Of a stretch of DNA of 64,000 nt, positions 1-14,239 are shown piece after piece. The translations under genes and the position numbers were made by a program. The notes under the pieces are model-generated. The model worked only from the letters and a program-made list of their open reading frames with translations. It was not told the DNA's origin and searched no databases. Position 1 is the first letter of the stretch. The number at the start of each line of letters is the position of its first letter. The stretch is taken from the NCBI GenBank assembly GCA_951406725.2, contig OX597814.1, positions 83,080,001-83,144,000 on the forward strand. The letters run 5' to 3'. This DNA comes from Octopus vulgaris (Eukaryota).

Positions 1-81
1 AACATTATATATATATTATATTATATTCTTTATCTTCTTTTTATTCTTCCCTCTACCTTTTCTCGTTATTTTATTTTATTT

Positions 82-510
82 TTGATGTAGGACCAGTGTC
101 AGAAACATCAAGATTCTTTCCTTTCCTTTCCTTCTTAAATGTTAAACTAATACATTTCTTTTTTGTATTGCATTCTTTTTTGAGTTCATTACATATATAT
201 TTTTAATGCTTTTTTACTGCTTCCCATTTCCCACTGCATCTCATTTCCCACAGCCTTCTCACATCATTCTTCCCTCTTTTCTTTCTCCTTTTCTCTTGCC
301 TGTCTTTAAGCTCCTCCAACCTTTCCACCTTACTCTCACCTTACTATTTTTTCTCACTACCTTTTCTCATTCTTCTATTTTTCTAATGGAGGGCCAGTGT
401 CTGAAATGCTGAGATATTTTCTCTTCTCTTTAAACATTAAACTAATATAACATTTGTTAAAACTTGTCTCTCCCCTGTTGCAGGTGGTCTACTTTTTCTT
501 CTCATTTCTT
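82..510 (+). repeat. Two decayed direct copies (~301 bp apart) of a hammerhead-bearing repeat end (Penelope/retrozyme-like)
   Basis: ttgatgt-a-ggac-cagt-gtca-gaaac (82) and ctaatgg-a-gggc-cagt-gtct-gaaat (383), each followed by 'ttaaactaata'; same layout as the minus-strand element at 23140-23255. Confidence 0.45.
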
Positions 511-533
511 AATATATAATGTGTGTGTGTGTA

Positions 534-579
<46 letters not shown>

Positions 580-639
580 GTATGTGTGTGTGTATCTATA
601 CACATGTGTGTGTGCTCATACATACATATGCATTCATTT

Positions 640-831
640 TTATGGAATGACGGGAAGAGTAAGAGGATTGCTGAAGAGCGATTAAGCCATAGAAGGGTGA
701 GAACAATGAAAAAACGAGGGACTGATAAATCAATGAAATCACAGAATATTTTACTGAAGATAATTTGTGTTGTTTGTCTTCCTGTTGTAATTCCTTGTTT
801 CATAGCTGTGTTACATCTCTTCTATCAACAA
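640..831 (+). CDS. Possible host exon encoding a basic stretch plus a hydrophobic/TM segment (tentative)
   Basis: Open frame ...MKKRGTDKSMKSQNILLKIICVVCLPVVIPCFIAVLHLFYQQ ending at caa|gtaata, a donor-like site; non-repetitive sequence. Confidence 0.2.
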
Positions 832-2399
832 GTAATATAGAAAGATTATTTTTGTTGCAAGTAAAATGTGGAATAAACTAATTTACTTAAGCTTATCGCA
901 GGACAAAGACATTGGAGTTTTGGGAAACATTTCGATGAATTCAATTAATTTACTTTATAAATATTCTTTGCATTAATGTTAAAAATCAATTATTAAATAA
1001 ATGAGAGGAAAAATAGCCTTCATGTTAAAAACAGCAAAAGCAACCAATCATATAAACAATAAAAAAACAACTAAGAATTTTAACTGGTAAATTTATAGAG
1101 AAATATGAATGAAAGAACTTTAATCTTTAAGACCATTACTGTTTTGAAATTCATATTCTTTTGAAAGCAATCACTATTTATAGCTTGTTTTTATACTATT
1201 TTTTATTGTATTATTTTTAAATTATAGAAATAGTGTTTTAAGATATTAGTCAAATAATCTTTGGAGCTATTTTGAAATCAAACATCTCTTCTTCGAACCA
1301 TTTATAGTTAAGGCTTAGAGATATTGTATATCAGTGTGTAATTTTTTGGCATACAATAGAGTGTGATAATAAACATATCCAGCTTCTAATACTTTACACC
1401 ATTAATTGTTCCTTTAATTCTGCATAATTTAATTCCTTATATTAGAAAGCTGATGGTGATTGGTGAGACAGTAGAGTGGTGACTAAATGATTTATTTTAC
1501 TTGTTTACTTTTTTCCTTCTTGGTTTCTCATTCAAATCCCACTCAGATAATTTTTAAGTTCATCTCTTTGGATTAATAAAATAAATATCAATGATATACT
1601 AATTGATTTGGTAAACAATGACCCTACCTTCTACTAACATTGAATTTGGTGTAGAATAAAAGTACCCATATGTTATAATATAGAAATCTATGAGTTAGTA
1701 GAAATGGCAGGTAGCATTTCATTCATCCAAAGTTGATAAAATAAAAACCAAGTTTTTATAACCAATTAAATTCTTTTCCTCCAAAATTGTTTAAATCTTG
1801 TTTATAAAATATTTTATAATAAAAGATAGAAAGGGCTTTATAACTAGAATGCAGGTTCTTAGTGAGTCAAATTAATTGACTCAGTTTTGATTGCTAGCAT
1901 TTTACATCACTTGCAGCCTTCACTCAGATGTCACTATAAGAATGATCAGTAATTTCTAGGTTACGTATTGTTTTTTTCAGTATTATTCTTCTTTATGTGA
2001 TAGAAGAAATTGTAATTCCTTCTGGAAGCTTTTCTGCATTTTCCTGAGTGCAAGCTTTGTCCTTTTTGTTTTTTTAGGTAATTACTTTGCTTAGGATGAA
2101 AATGTTTATGGTTTTGCATATACTTGTTTTCATCTGAGTACGTGTCTTATTGGTTTCATGTTTCCTTAAAAATAGTTGACTAGTGAATTAATTTGTACTA
2201 CATATCTCAGAAGTTTGGGCTTTTTTTTAGCACTCTATTTTTCTCTTCTTTGATTTATCCTTCTACACTAGAACATTCAATTTTAACTGCACAGGTTTAT
2301 GATCTGGTACAAATGTTCTAGACTTATAGTATCTGAATATAAATCTATCAGAATAAGATTGTGTGTGTCATGACTTTTTTTGGTAGGGGATTATTTATA

Positions 2400-2870
2400 A
2401 TGTATAGTAAATTGTATGGTTCAGTGATCAGCAATGTCTACTATTTTTCTAGCAAATTTGTCCTGATAGTGGACACGTGCCAAATGCTCATCAATGTGAA
2501 AGCACTTGAATCAAGTTAAGTACATTTATATAAGTGCTGGGTGGATCTAGAAGTGTCTAAAATCGCACAACAATAGTGAACCTTATGAGTTTCAAATCTG
2601 TTAGGTTTCTTTTTAGGTTATTGCTTATAGCAGTACTTCCTTTCAAGACATTTCACTGTAGTACCAACTCCTGATACATCAACTTGATCTTTTGATAACT
2701 CATAGATCTTGAATCTATGATTTAGCCAGTTCCATATCAGGGTGTTCAAACTAGACAGTTCTTACTACAACTCATAATGTAGCGCATAAGATAGCAAATT
2801 CACTTGTATTGAGACTAATACAACTAATGTTTTTATTTCCATGATTTTTTTGGTCCTTGTCATGTTGTTT
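2400..2870 (-). pseudogene. Highly decayed non-LTR retrotransposon RT remnant (R4-like?)
   Basis: Minus-strand fragments resembling 'KDQLM..VL' and 'F.IHP.LI...MS.W' with many stops and frameshifts. Confidence 0.3.
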
Positions 2871-4702
2871 ATTGGCAAGTGTGTGTCTGTATGTTTTATT
2901 GACACTTCAAGAATTTAGGATGTGTTAGCATATTTATAATTTTTGAGAAGTGTTTAATTTGAATCTCTTGTGAAGATAGCTGCTGATAGATTTTGTAGAT
3001 TTACAGGCATAGATCTGCCTTTTGTTTTCAAGGTATATCACTAATAAGAATTTTCTCAATAGATATGCTCTTACAAAGATGTTTTTCTGTTCATTTTTCT
3101 TTTCTTATTTTTTTTTTTCAGGAGACAGGCTTCCCTATGCTTGTTCTTTTTGTTTAGTATTTTTCAACCATCAGTACCTGGAGATGTAATGTGTCTATAT
3201 TTTTTGAATTTTATCTTTAAGTTGCTGTTTATTTATTTCCTTTAATTGGGGAATGCTACTTGTTCAGTTAGGTTCTTAGTGAGAATGGGAGAGAATACTT
3301 GTCTTTATGTAGTCATTTCTAGGAGCAGGGCTATTTGTGTTGGTGTTATGAGTTACCTTCAGTTATAGTGTGTGGGGTAGACACTCGTAATTTTGGCATA
3401 AGCTCACAAATTTTGGGAAGATGCATCAATAACTCAATTGATCACAGCACTTAGTTTAAAAGACTGCAATGTCCTTATCATGATGTTGGGTGATGTGTAT
3501 ATGTGTATTGGTGATTTAGTGGTTATTGTATGGATTTTACTATGTGTAGGATTGTCAACCTCAGTGGAATTTATTTCCAGAATGCAAGATGATGAAACTA
3601 AATACTACAAGTCATTTGGCCTGGAATGAAATTGTTTTTGATATCCACAATCCTCTTTATATTTTATCGATATAATGATAAACAAATGAATGGTTACCCT
3701 ATTCAAGTTTCCATTCACAAGTTTTGGTCAACTTCTTTTTATGTTAAAGTAAGCAAGTAGCTTCAAGGATCAATACACACAGTATTTCCCACCTTGATTA
3801 TACATATAAAGTAACAACATAAATTTAAACCTTTCTAAGAAGCCATAAGTATTACATATGTTAGACATCAACAGCATTTTGTAAGGTTTCTTTGTTTCGG
3901 ACAGCTGTTCATCCTTTCTAGATTATTGATCTTTTCCATCTCACAAATACTGATAAAGCACATGTCTCCAGAACTTCCGATTATGTAGGAGTATATCTCC
4001 AGTCTTGGCATTCAGCATTTTGTGACTGAAATTCTATTTTACATACATACATACATATTTTGACATAATATTAAAGAAGTATAGTTAATATAAGTATTGT
4101 GAAATAGGGTTAAAAGTGTTCTAAGAGGCTGCAACATTGGAAGTTAGAAATAAAGAGTGAAAACAAAAGCAAAACAAAAAAAAGTAATGGTTTACAATCC
4201 ATATTTCAATATTTTGGTTTTGATAAGTCTTTAACAAAAGAAAAGAGAAATTGAATTTAATCTGATCTGCACAGCTATATAGGGATAGAGTTGAATGTGA
4301 CATGTGCAGATGGGTAGTGTTATATTAAACATTTTGCCTTGTGCAACACTCCAGTGTTGTTGATAGATAGACTTGATTTATTAATAACAACCTCCTCGAT
4401 CTTCAGTTTTCCAATATTCCACTCGATAACGATGGTGATATCTCCTCAGATGTTTACTAACATAAGAAGCATTTGTATGAATATGTTCTCCATCATGGAT
4501 GTGCAATTTGGGAATGAAGATCTGTTTCATTTATTAAGTACAATGTGGTACACCACATAAATCCATAAACCCATTTCCACATAAGCCATAGAGCAATTAC
4601 TGCTATGTCTGAATTGATTCCCAAACATATTTTTGCAAGAAAGGCCCAGACTGTGCCAGGTGTATATTTAATCCCTTTCTTTAGATTATATATATATATA
4701 TA

Positions 4703-5517
4703 AAGGGCCTCTCCTTCAGAGTGAAAGGCAGATTGTATGATGCCTGTGTGCAAACAGCTATGTTACATGGCAGTGAAACATGGGCTGTGACAGCTGAGGA
4801 CATGCATTGGCTTGAAAGAAATGAAACCAGTATGCTTCACTAGATGTGCAACGTCTGTGCATGTTTCATAGAGTGTAAGCATCTTGAGAGAAAAGTTGGG
4901 CATAAGAGGTATCAAATGTGGTGTGCATCACATGACCATACGCTAGTATGGTCATGTGATGTGTATGGACAAGGACAGCTGTGTAAAGAAGTGCTAATCT
5001 CTAACTGTGGAGAGGGAACCTGTAGTAGAGGTAAAACCAGAACGACATAGGACAAGGTGGTGAAGCATGATCTTTGAACTTTGGGCCTCACAGAATCAAT
5101 GACTAGTGACCAAGACCTTTGGTGATATGTTGTGCTTGAAAAAACCCATCAAGCCAAGTGAAATCATAGTCATGGCCGATGCTGGTGTCACATAACTGGC
5201 ACTCATGCTGGTGGCATGTAAAAAGCACCTTTCAAGTGTTTGGCCTCACGGAGGCAAAGTAGCTAATGCTGGTGGCAAGTGAAAAACACCTCCTGAGTGT
5301 TGTGCCTCACAGAGGCAATGACAAATGACCAAAACCTTTGGCATTATGCTATGCTTGAGAAGACCTGCCAAGCTAAGTAAAATTGCAGTTGTTGCACATG
5401 AAAACACCCATTACACTCTCAGAGTTGTTGGTATTAGGAAGTGCATCCAGCTTGCCAGTCCTGGTCAAACTGTCCAACCAATGCTGGCATGGAAAATGGA
5501 CATTTAATGATGATGAT

Positions 5518-5520
<3 letters not shown>
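4703..5520 (+). mobile_element. RTE-clade LINE, 3' fragment (family A, older copy)
   Basis: KGLS.RVKGRLYDACV.TAMLHGSETWAVTAEDM motif; RGKTRT; 3' end ccaaccaatgctggcatggaaaatggacatttaa(tga)n. Confidence 0.85.
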
Positions 5521-5557
<37 letters not shown>

Positions 5558-5609
5558 CATGCATACACTCACAAGCATACAGATCTTTAAAAATTATCAA
5601 CAACACTCA

Positions 5610-6010
5610 ACATCCACTTATTCATGCTTTCATGGATAAGACCGAATTTACTGAGGCAGATTTTTTATGATTGGATGTGCTTGCTGTTGATAACCTTCAC
5701 ATGTTTCCAAACAAGGTAATATTTCCACATGGCCAAAGAAAACTGGAACCAAATGACATCACTTGTATGACAAAACTGCTTGTTCATAACCATCACTTGA
5801 TGTTAAGACAAGGGTATACTTAAACACACACACATACACACACATGCACACTCACGATGGGCTTCTTTCAGTTTCTGTCTGTCAAATCCACTTACAAGGC
5901 TTTGGTCACCCTGGGACTATAGTAGAAGACACTTGCCCAAGGTGCCATGTAGTTGGACTGAATCCAAAACCATATGGTCAGGAAGCAAGCTTCTTAACTA
6001 CACAGCCTTG
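5610..6010 (-). mobile_element. tRNA-derived SINE with RTE-type 3' tail
   Basis: Minus-strand head ggctgtgtagttaagaagc...ggcaccttgggcaagtgtcttc, internal (CA)n, tail similar to the RTE 3' end. Confidence 0.7.
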
Positions 6011-6304
6011 ATAATATCTGAAAAGACAAAAATCTGTGTGTGCATGGTAAAAAAGATGATTGATAGTTGTTCAAATTTTTTAATAACAAGTAAAAATCAA
6101 TCAGAATCAACTTAATCTGTCATTTTGGTCAATAAGTAATGTATTGGTAAAGCTATCAATAACTGACTAGATGAAGTACTGAAATTACTTAGTAAACGAG
6201 ATAATAGACATTTACTATGGTAGCTACAGGCAATCTGTCTGAGATTATGAGGAAATAAGTAATGTTATTGATGAAAACTGATTTGATGCAGCACAATTAC
6301 TATA

Positions 6305-7045
6305 GTCATCATCATCATTGTTTAACGTCCATTTCCCATGCTGGCATGGGTTGGATGGTTTGACTGGGTACTGGCAAGCCAGGAGGCTGCACTGGGTTCC
6401 AATCTGATCTGTCAATGTTTCTACAGCTGGATGTCCTTCCTAATGCCAACCACTCCGAGAGTGTAGTGGATGCTTTTTACATGCCATTGGCACAGGAGCC
6501 AGTCAGGCAGCACTGCATCAGTCACATTCAGCTGGCATGGGGAACCAATCAAGTGACACTGGCAATAGCCCATGCATGAATGGTGCTTATTGAATGCCAC
6601 CAGTATGAGAGCCAGTCAGATGGCACTGGCATTGGCCACAACTACATTTGCCATTTTTGTTTGTGATTTTATTTTATTTGACTCAATAGGTCTCCTCAAG
6701 CATGGTGTGTCACCCGACGATTCAGAGGTACTTTTTTAAATGGGCTGGTTATGTGACACTGGTATAGGCTACAGCTGTGATCTCACTTTATTTGCCAGGT
6801 CTTCTCAATCACAGCATATTTCCAGAGATCTCAGTCTCTTATCATTGCCTCTGTGGGGCCCAATGTTTGAAGGTTATGCGTCACTACCTCATCCCATGTC
6901 ATCCTGGGTCTCTCTCTTCCACAGGTTCCTTCTACTGTTAGAGAGTGACATTTCTTCACCCAGCTCTCCTCAAGCATACACAGCACATGACAATACTAGC
7001 GCAGTTGTCTCTCTTGCACACCATATCTGATGCTTCTTATGGCCA
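6305..7045 (-). mobile_element. RTE-clade LINE 3' fragment (family A)
   Basis: (atc)n tail followed by the reverse complement of the RTE 3' UTR and ORF end. Confidence 0.8.
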
Positions 7046-7344
7046 ACATTTTTTTAAGGAAAATAAAAACATTTTGATATATTTTCTGCATTGTAGTGGG
7101 TGAATGGTCTGAATATCTTGGCTGGTATAACTGGAGATGTCTGCCAATCACTACAATAGTGAACAATGAGATATGTTATAAGGCACATGTACTCTTCTTA
7201 GAAGCAACAGCCATTTAGGGAACTAGATGCTCTGTAGAACTTTTTATAAACTTACAAACACTTCATTAGTCTTTTGTTGTACTACTGTAGGGATTCTAAG
7301 TGAAGTATCATCATCTTGTCTTATCAAATGATTAGTTTACAGTT

Positions 7345-7516
7345 TCCATTTAAACCAGCTGTATCTAGCCAAAATATTCTACATGCTTTATGTTCAAGCT
7401 GTTCAGATGTTGCCTCTCACACCAACCCTACAATATCATTGTAAAAATTAAGTCACCTCATCAAAATCTCAAAACTACATGATTAATTCAAAACAATGTG
7501 AATGCTAAAGGGTTAA
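7345..7516 (+). mobile_element. TTAA-flanked piggyBac-like MITE (partial)
   Basis: Ends aatgctaaagggttaa; homologous to 17264-17494. Confidence 0.65.
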
Positions 7517-8032
7517 AACCCTTTTATGCTTCAAATTAAATTAGCAGTCTCAAAAAGTGCAACTAATTCTCATACTGCTTACTACTTAGAATAAAAATGT
7601 TTGATAATTGATTTTGGACTTGTGTATCAATGAAAATGAAAGCCTGAAGTAGATAGTGAATTTTTTTTTGTTCATACTAACTGTTGTACTTGGTTCATAA
7701 CTGACAATCTGCCACAAGTATTTTTGGCTGATGTGTTATAAATTTATATTCTGTGGCTGTGATTAATTCCTGCTTGTTGAATGGCATTGAATGAATACTT
7801 TTGACTCAGTCTGCTGATAAAACTAGAATAAAATGACTTCATGGAGAGCACTAAATTTGTGAGTAGCTTGAGTATTCATAGTGTGATCAATCACATCTGT
7901 GATCTTTATTGGATGTTAGAAATATTTGAGTATTTGTACACACTATTTTTTTTTTGTTATATAGTATAATAGAAATAGCAGTTAAATCTTCCTTGGATGA
8001 CATTCTACTTTCTTCAATAAAAAAATGATGAC

Positions 8033-9083
8033 TCTGTTCAATTTGGCTTACAGATTTTTTAATTAATATTTTTTAACCAAACAGCTTGAAACTTGGTATA
8101 CTGGTGGAATTTCTCACCAAGAACATGTTTTACTTTGAACATTTTTGACAAAATTTTGTATCTTAGAAGTTATTTCATGCTAAAGTTGTTGTATTCAGTT
8201 GAAGAAAGCTACTGCTGTTTGCGATAGTAATCAAAGAGGAACAACTTCCAGGTCATCTCTACTAAATGTCACTACTCTGTTCTATTTTATTTTTTGTTTA
8301 CTGCCTGTGTTGCATATTACATGCTTTTTTTTTGCTTGGTTCATCAGAGTAACCAGGAAACATATAGAGCTACAGGTCCACAGCTAGCTTTTTTGTTGTT
8401 GATGTGTATGGAGTTTCAAAATGCCTTATTTTACAACTATGAGATGCATTGTTATTATGATTTTTATCTTACTATAACCAACAACAAACACATTTCGTCA
8501 ATACAAAGGTCTTTATTAGATAAAAAATAACATTATCAAAACATAAAGGTAAAACAAAATAAATATGCTTTGTTTTCTTCCAGGCACCAATGCACTGTAG
8601 CTGTAAGCCACACTCTAAGTTTTCCAGGTAAAAAAATTGCAGCTTATACACTGGAAAATACAGTAATTGTAGTGGTAGTAACAAGTTCATTCACTGGTTG
8701 CTAGCGGCTGTCTGCCAGTAGGGAGCAAAAGAGTAAGGAATGCAGGGTGCTGACTAGAAAGGAAGAATGGATAATGGTGGAATTGTCTTCACTCAAAATA
8801 CGAATAGAACTGAGTGGGGACATTTAGTAGAGATGACCTGGAAGCTGTTCCTCTTCGATTACTATCACAAACAGCAGTAGCTTTCTTCAACTGAATGCAT
8901 GTCGTTGATTGGCTAAATTACCCAAATACAACAACTTTAACTTGAAATAACTTCTAAAATATGAAATTTTGTCAAAAATGTTCAAAGTAAATCATGTTCT
9001 GAGTGAGAAATCCCACCAGTATACGAAATTTCAAACTGTTTAGTTTAAAAAAATTTTTTAACTTGTGTGCCAAACTGAACAGA
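8033..9083. mobile_element. Non-autonomous DNA transposon with long (~250-290 bp) terminal inverted repeats
   Basis: 8033-8285 is the reverse complement of about 8800-9083 (tctgttcaatttggc / gccaaactgaacaga); it splits an older repeat. Confidence 0.85.
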
Positions 9084-11847
9084 TCTAAAATGATATATTG
9101 GATCATGAAATATTAAACTTACTCAAATATTTAAATTATTCAAGTATTCAAAGCTTGAACTTAGTTATCATATAAATAGGCATTTACTCTGCAAGCCAAA
9201 TAGGGAACCTCTGTAATTTCTCCCAAATTACTTAGCATAGCAGCTGAATCTCCCCCAAATCACACCCTACTTTCTTTAATAAAGGATATATTGGGCGGTA
9301 CAGACCCCGAGATACTGAAAATACCATAGTCATGGCTTCAATGCCTTTGATTAACAGCCCTCATTCTGCCGCTACTGCCATTAGACTAAAATAATGAAAT
9401 TGTTAGCTTCATACATAGTAGAAAGTAATGTCATGTACTAACTGAATATGCAACCCACTAAACTGCACTTATTTCACTTCACATACATTGCTATTAGTTA
9501 ATTTTAAAAAAAACATGTACATCCCTGAGGTACATGTTTTCCTTCCATACAAATGTGAAAACTTAAGTGAAAGATTAATTTCATAAGCAATCAGCTGTAT
9601 CGTTTTTTCATTCAAATAATCTTATATAGTGTCAGTGAATGTATTTTGTAATTTCAAGTTGTATTTCATACTAATACGCATAAGTAGTTAGAACATTTTG
9701 ATGAGATAAGCTCATCATGTGTAATGAGTTTATACAAAGAGATTATAAACTGACTAGCTGTGAAGATAAAGTGTTGGCAATCAACTGAGTAGTCATGTGT
9801 TTAACTTGTATCTTGGTCATTTTGCATTTTAGTTATTTGGTTACTTGAATTTGCCTCATTGAAAGTTGATTCAAATTTGGCTTCCTGATTAAGTAATAAG
9901 CATTAAAAAGGTCATTCAACTACTATAAAAATATTTTGAACAGTTTATATGAAAATTTCTTATTCTGTCTATTATACTCAGATAGAAAATTGAAAGTAAG
10001 AATTTCTCTCAGTATTTTTAGTCAGATTTTGGGTAGCAGAAGGATAGAATCAATTGAAGTTATTCAGTACAATGATGTTACTCAGTATAATACTGGTGCT
10101 TATTTTATCCTGAAAGGATGAAAGCTAAATCAGTTTATTTGGAGTTGAACTTTAATGATCTAGAGAATGTGTACTAGTTAAAACTTTTTTAAATCCTCAT
10201 GTATCATAAATCAAGGCAAACCTATATGTCAATATTCTTAGAGAGGATAACAAAAAATGAAAAAAGTTTCTTTAAATGCAGTCTTCTTGATGCCTCAATG
10301 GAATAATTATTTTTGAATAGGTGGTAGTTACACAATTCATTGGGTCAATTCCAATATATTACTAAATCTTATTGTATTGATCTTAGAGCATTATAAGATG
10401 AAATTGACCCCAGGAAGGATAAAATAGAATACTGTAAGATGCTTTGCTGAATGTTTTGCTATTTCTGCTAATTTATTATCATTGAATCAAAGATAGATAT
10501 TTGATTTGATTCTCAAAGCTGTTACATTCCAAAACGGCAGTTTACCATAATGAGTTCCCTGTGCAAATTCTATATTTTTTAGCAATATATAATTGCATAA
10601 CAAAGATAATAGAAAAATCTTGAAAATAAATATATTGAAATTAGGTGGTAGCTGTCTTCCGTAAGATACTTGCTACAAAACAATGGAGGAAGGTAAAAAT
10701 GATTTCAGTGCTACAAAAAATTTCTTAGACATGATCATGATTTTATTGTGAAAAGTTAGAGATTGTTTAATATTCATGCCTTCCTTTGGGGCATTAGCAG
10801 AAAAAGTTGGCTTCATTTTCAAATTCAAGGTAAATTGGTTACTGGGTTCAACAGAAACATGCATGGCACATAACAATGGAATCTAAATAAGATATAAAAT
10901 GTAGCCATGCTTTAAATATCAGTTTGCACACTAGCATGTTTCAAATATTATTCATGCAAATATTTTAACTTGCATATTTTAATTCTTGTTTTTAAGTGAT
11001 TATGAAAAGGATTTGAACTTATGATCTTTTTATTTTTATCTTATTTAATTCTGTATGTTAGGCGACATCAAATACAAGTATATCTTCATGCATTTGCAAA
11101 TGTAAGTATACTTAAGTATACACATACACACTGTATTCTGTGCATATGTATGACAATGTGTGCGTGAATATGTCAATATATATAGACATAAATATGTGTG
11201 CGTGCATTTATGTATGAATATTAGCTGTCTTCAATCTCTCTCATTCTCTTTTTCTCTTCCTTGGATTCTGTTTTTATCTTTTTAATTGTAAATGTGTGTG
11301 TATGCATGTATGTATCTCTCTCTCTATACACACACACACAGATATATATATATATGTTCATTCATACACACACCAGTATTTATTTCTTTTAGTCTGACAA
11401 TCATATAAAATTTCATTGAGATTTAAAGGTGCCAAATTGTAGACAAGTTCATTAATATTAAATTATAGATTTTATCTCCAATTTTCAGTTTACAATTCTG
11501 CTGTTCGTTTATATATTTTAAAGTGTTATAAACATAATTTTTTAAATTGGTGAACGGATATATAATGAATATTTAATGAAAATATTGATGTTTGCTACTA
11601 CCATGATATTTTGTGATTTGTATTTAGTAGTACTGAGGGTGAGTTACAATATATATTAATTCACTATTAATATATATATGTAATTTTGAAATGCTAGTAC
11701 TGCAATCATACATCTAATAATATTAGTTTTGACTTCTTTATGATTCTAGGTCAATGCCAATCCACACACATACATTTAATTCCACTTAAAAAAAAAATGG
11801 ATGAGAATCATATTATTTCATACACCTTTTTTATGTATGTATTGTAG

Positions 11848-12225
11848 GCAAGGTTGTGTGGTGAGAAGTTTGCTTCCCAACCACATGATTTCAGGTTCAG
11901 TCCCACTGCATGGCACCTTGGGAAAGTAACTTCTGCTAAGGCCCTAGGCTGAGCAAAGCCTTGTGAAAGGATTTGATACAGGGGAAACTGAAAAAATCCC
12001 GTCTTGCGTGTGTGTTTGTTTTATCCCCTTTCATTGCTTTGACAGTTGGTGTAGGTTTGTTTACTTACCCTGTAACTTGGCATTTCATTAAAAAGAGACT
12101 GATAGAATAAGTCACCAGATTTCAATAATATAAGTAATGGGGATGAATTGTTCAATTAAACCCTTCAAGCCAGTGCCCCAGCATGGTTGTAGTCCAATGA
12201 CTAAAACAAGTAAAAGATAAAAGAT
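11848..12225 (+). mobile_element. tRNA-derived SINE with CR1-type 3' tail
   Basis: Head ggttgtgtggtgagaag...ggttcagtccc; tail gtgccccagcatggttgtagtccaatgactaaaacaagtaaaagataaaagat. Confidence 0.8.
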
Positions 12226-12249
12226 GTCTGTCTTCTTAAATTAGAAGTT

Positions 12250-12468
12250 ATAACACTTTAGTTACCATATATCTGTTGAAATATGCTGTTTTTGTTTGAA
12301 ATAATTGAAGAATTTAGCAAAATAACTTTGCCATTATTGAACTGCTATTTGGAACAGAAATTAACATGAAATTTTGATGCAAGGTTTCAGCTTAGATCTT
12401 TTTAAAATGATAGGTTTATATGATAGAACCAGGGGTGGTATTGGACTGGTTGGTATCAAAATGGTTAA
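12250..12468. mobile_element. Second TTAA-type MITE (decayed)
   Basis: taacactttagttacc ... ggtatcaaaatggttaa imperfect terminal inverted repeat. Confidence 0.45.
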
Positions 12469-13273
12469 TTATGTAACACTGAAAGGCCAAGTGCATTATT
12501 TGAGGAGGAGAGATAATGATACCAATTCAATTTCTAATAAATATGAAACCATTTGCCTTGTCAAATGAATTAACTTAGAATTCTGAGGAGAAGCATAGTG
12601 ATTGTTGAAACTTTTTGCAACAAAATCCTTGAGTGTTAGCTTTTGTAGATAAATAAAATTTTTATCCATAAACATTCTTTAACTTCAACAACTATGAATT
12701 TGTGTCCAAAAAGAACACTTAGAATGCAAATGAAAGCAAGTTTAAATAGAAGACTGGTTATTACTTATGCATCAGTTTCCTTTTCTGCAATACTGGTAGA
12801 ATTACAGTGTGTAAAGTATGAGCTAGTCCCATGCAGTTTGACACCAGCTTTGCTGTGACTAATACTAGATTGCCTTCAATATTCTAATACGAATTAATAA
12901 CTACTTGTAACAGACTGAATTCTAGAAAATGCAATCGCCTATACCCCTTTTCTAATCAAAGTAATATATATTTTAGTAAGCCCTAATTTTACTTTAGCAT
13001 TTGCACATTGAGTCACTATGACCTGTCAAGCTAAGGTATTAGATTTTTCACATGACTCAAGAGTTAAATAACATAATCATTGTAATGGGGCTCTGTGCAA
13101 GGTACATGATTTATACTTGCCGTAGCCTTTACTTGGTGGTTTACAGTTTCTAACTTAGAGTTTAGTGGTAAACAAAGTATCCAGCTTAAAATAGTTGTTC
13201 CTACAATGTAAAAATATTTACATTTACAAAAACAATAACACTGATGTTATAAAAACTGTACAAAAACATATAT

Positions 13274-13571
13274 GAAGGCACATGGTTTAGTGGTTAGGAC
13301 ATTCGGCTGATGATCATAATGTCATGAGTTCAATTCCCAGTGATGCATTATATCCTTGAGCAAGACACTTTATTTTACTTTGCTTCAGTCCACTCAGCTG
13401 GCAAAAAGGAGTAGTACCTGTATTTCAAAGGGCCAGCCTTGTCACACTCTGTGTCACACTGAATCTCCCTGAGAACTACGTTAAGGGTACACGTGTCTGT
13501 GGAGTGCTCAGCCTCTTGCACTTTAATTTCATGAGCAAGCTGGGACCCTCATTGTCATAACCGATGGAGTG
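13274..13571 (+). mobile_element. tRNA-derived SINE with CORE-like domain
   Basis: A box tggtttagtgg, B box gagttcaattccc, then ccttgagcaagacacttta...ctcagctggcaaaaaggag; the 3' part recurs at about 37470-37650. Confidence 0.75.
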
Positions 13572-14239
13572 TTATATAAATATATATATAAAGCACCCAG
13601 TTGACTATGTAAAGGGCTTGGTATTAGGAAAGGCATCCAGCCATATAAACTGTGTCAAAGCAGACATTACTGTTACTGATGGCATATAAAAAGTGCTCAG
13701 TCCACTCTGTAAAGTGGTTGGTATTAGGAAGGGCATCCAGCTATAAAAAGCATGCGAAAATTACAGTGAAGCTTGGTGCAGTCCTCTGGTTTACCAGCCC
13801 CTGAAAAACCATCCAACCCATGCCAGAACGGAAGACAGATGCTAACTGATAATGAGGATTATATATATATTGTTGCTATTATGCAAAAGTGTTCTAAGTC
13901 TAAAACATGGTAACTTTCTTGGCATTAAACAAGATGCTTCGAAATTCCCATCAACTACATGATAGAACTGAAACATATATGTAAATTTTTTAAAAATTTT
14001 TTTATGATTGATTGAATATAATTTCAGCTCACGAGCTGTGGCCATGCTGGGGCACTATTTTCCTTTGAGCTTTTCAACTTCCAAACAATTTATTTCTAAT
14101 GTATTTTTTAAAAACATGTCATCTTTTTGTAACATACAAGTAAATTTGTAAGTACATCCATTTATTCTCCATTTCCTTCTTTGTTTTCCCTCAATATTGA
14201 TAATTTCAGTAATCCTGAACATATGCCATTGACTTTCAC

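Noticed and set aside
3095-3160. Strong acceptor-like site at 3121
   Set aside because: It lies next to decayed retroelement sequence, with no convincing reading frame or donor.
10645-10711. 48-nt in-frame microexon (VVAVFRKILATKQWRK)
   Set aside because: The acceptor lacks a polypyrimidine tract, and such a match is expected by chance.
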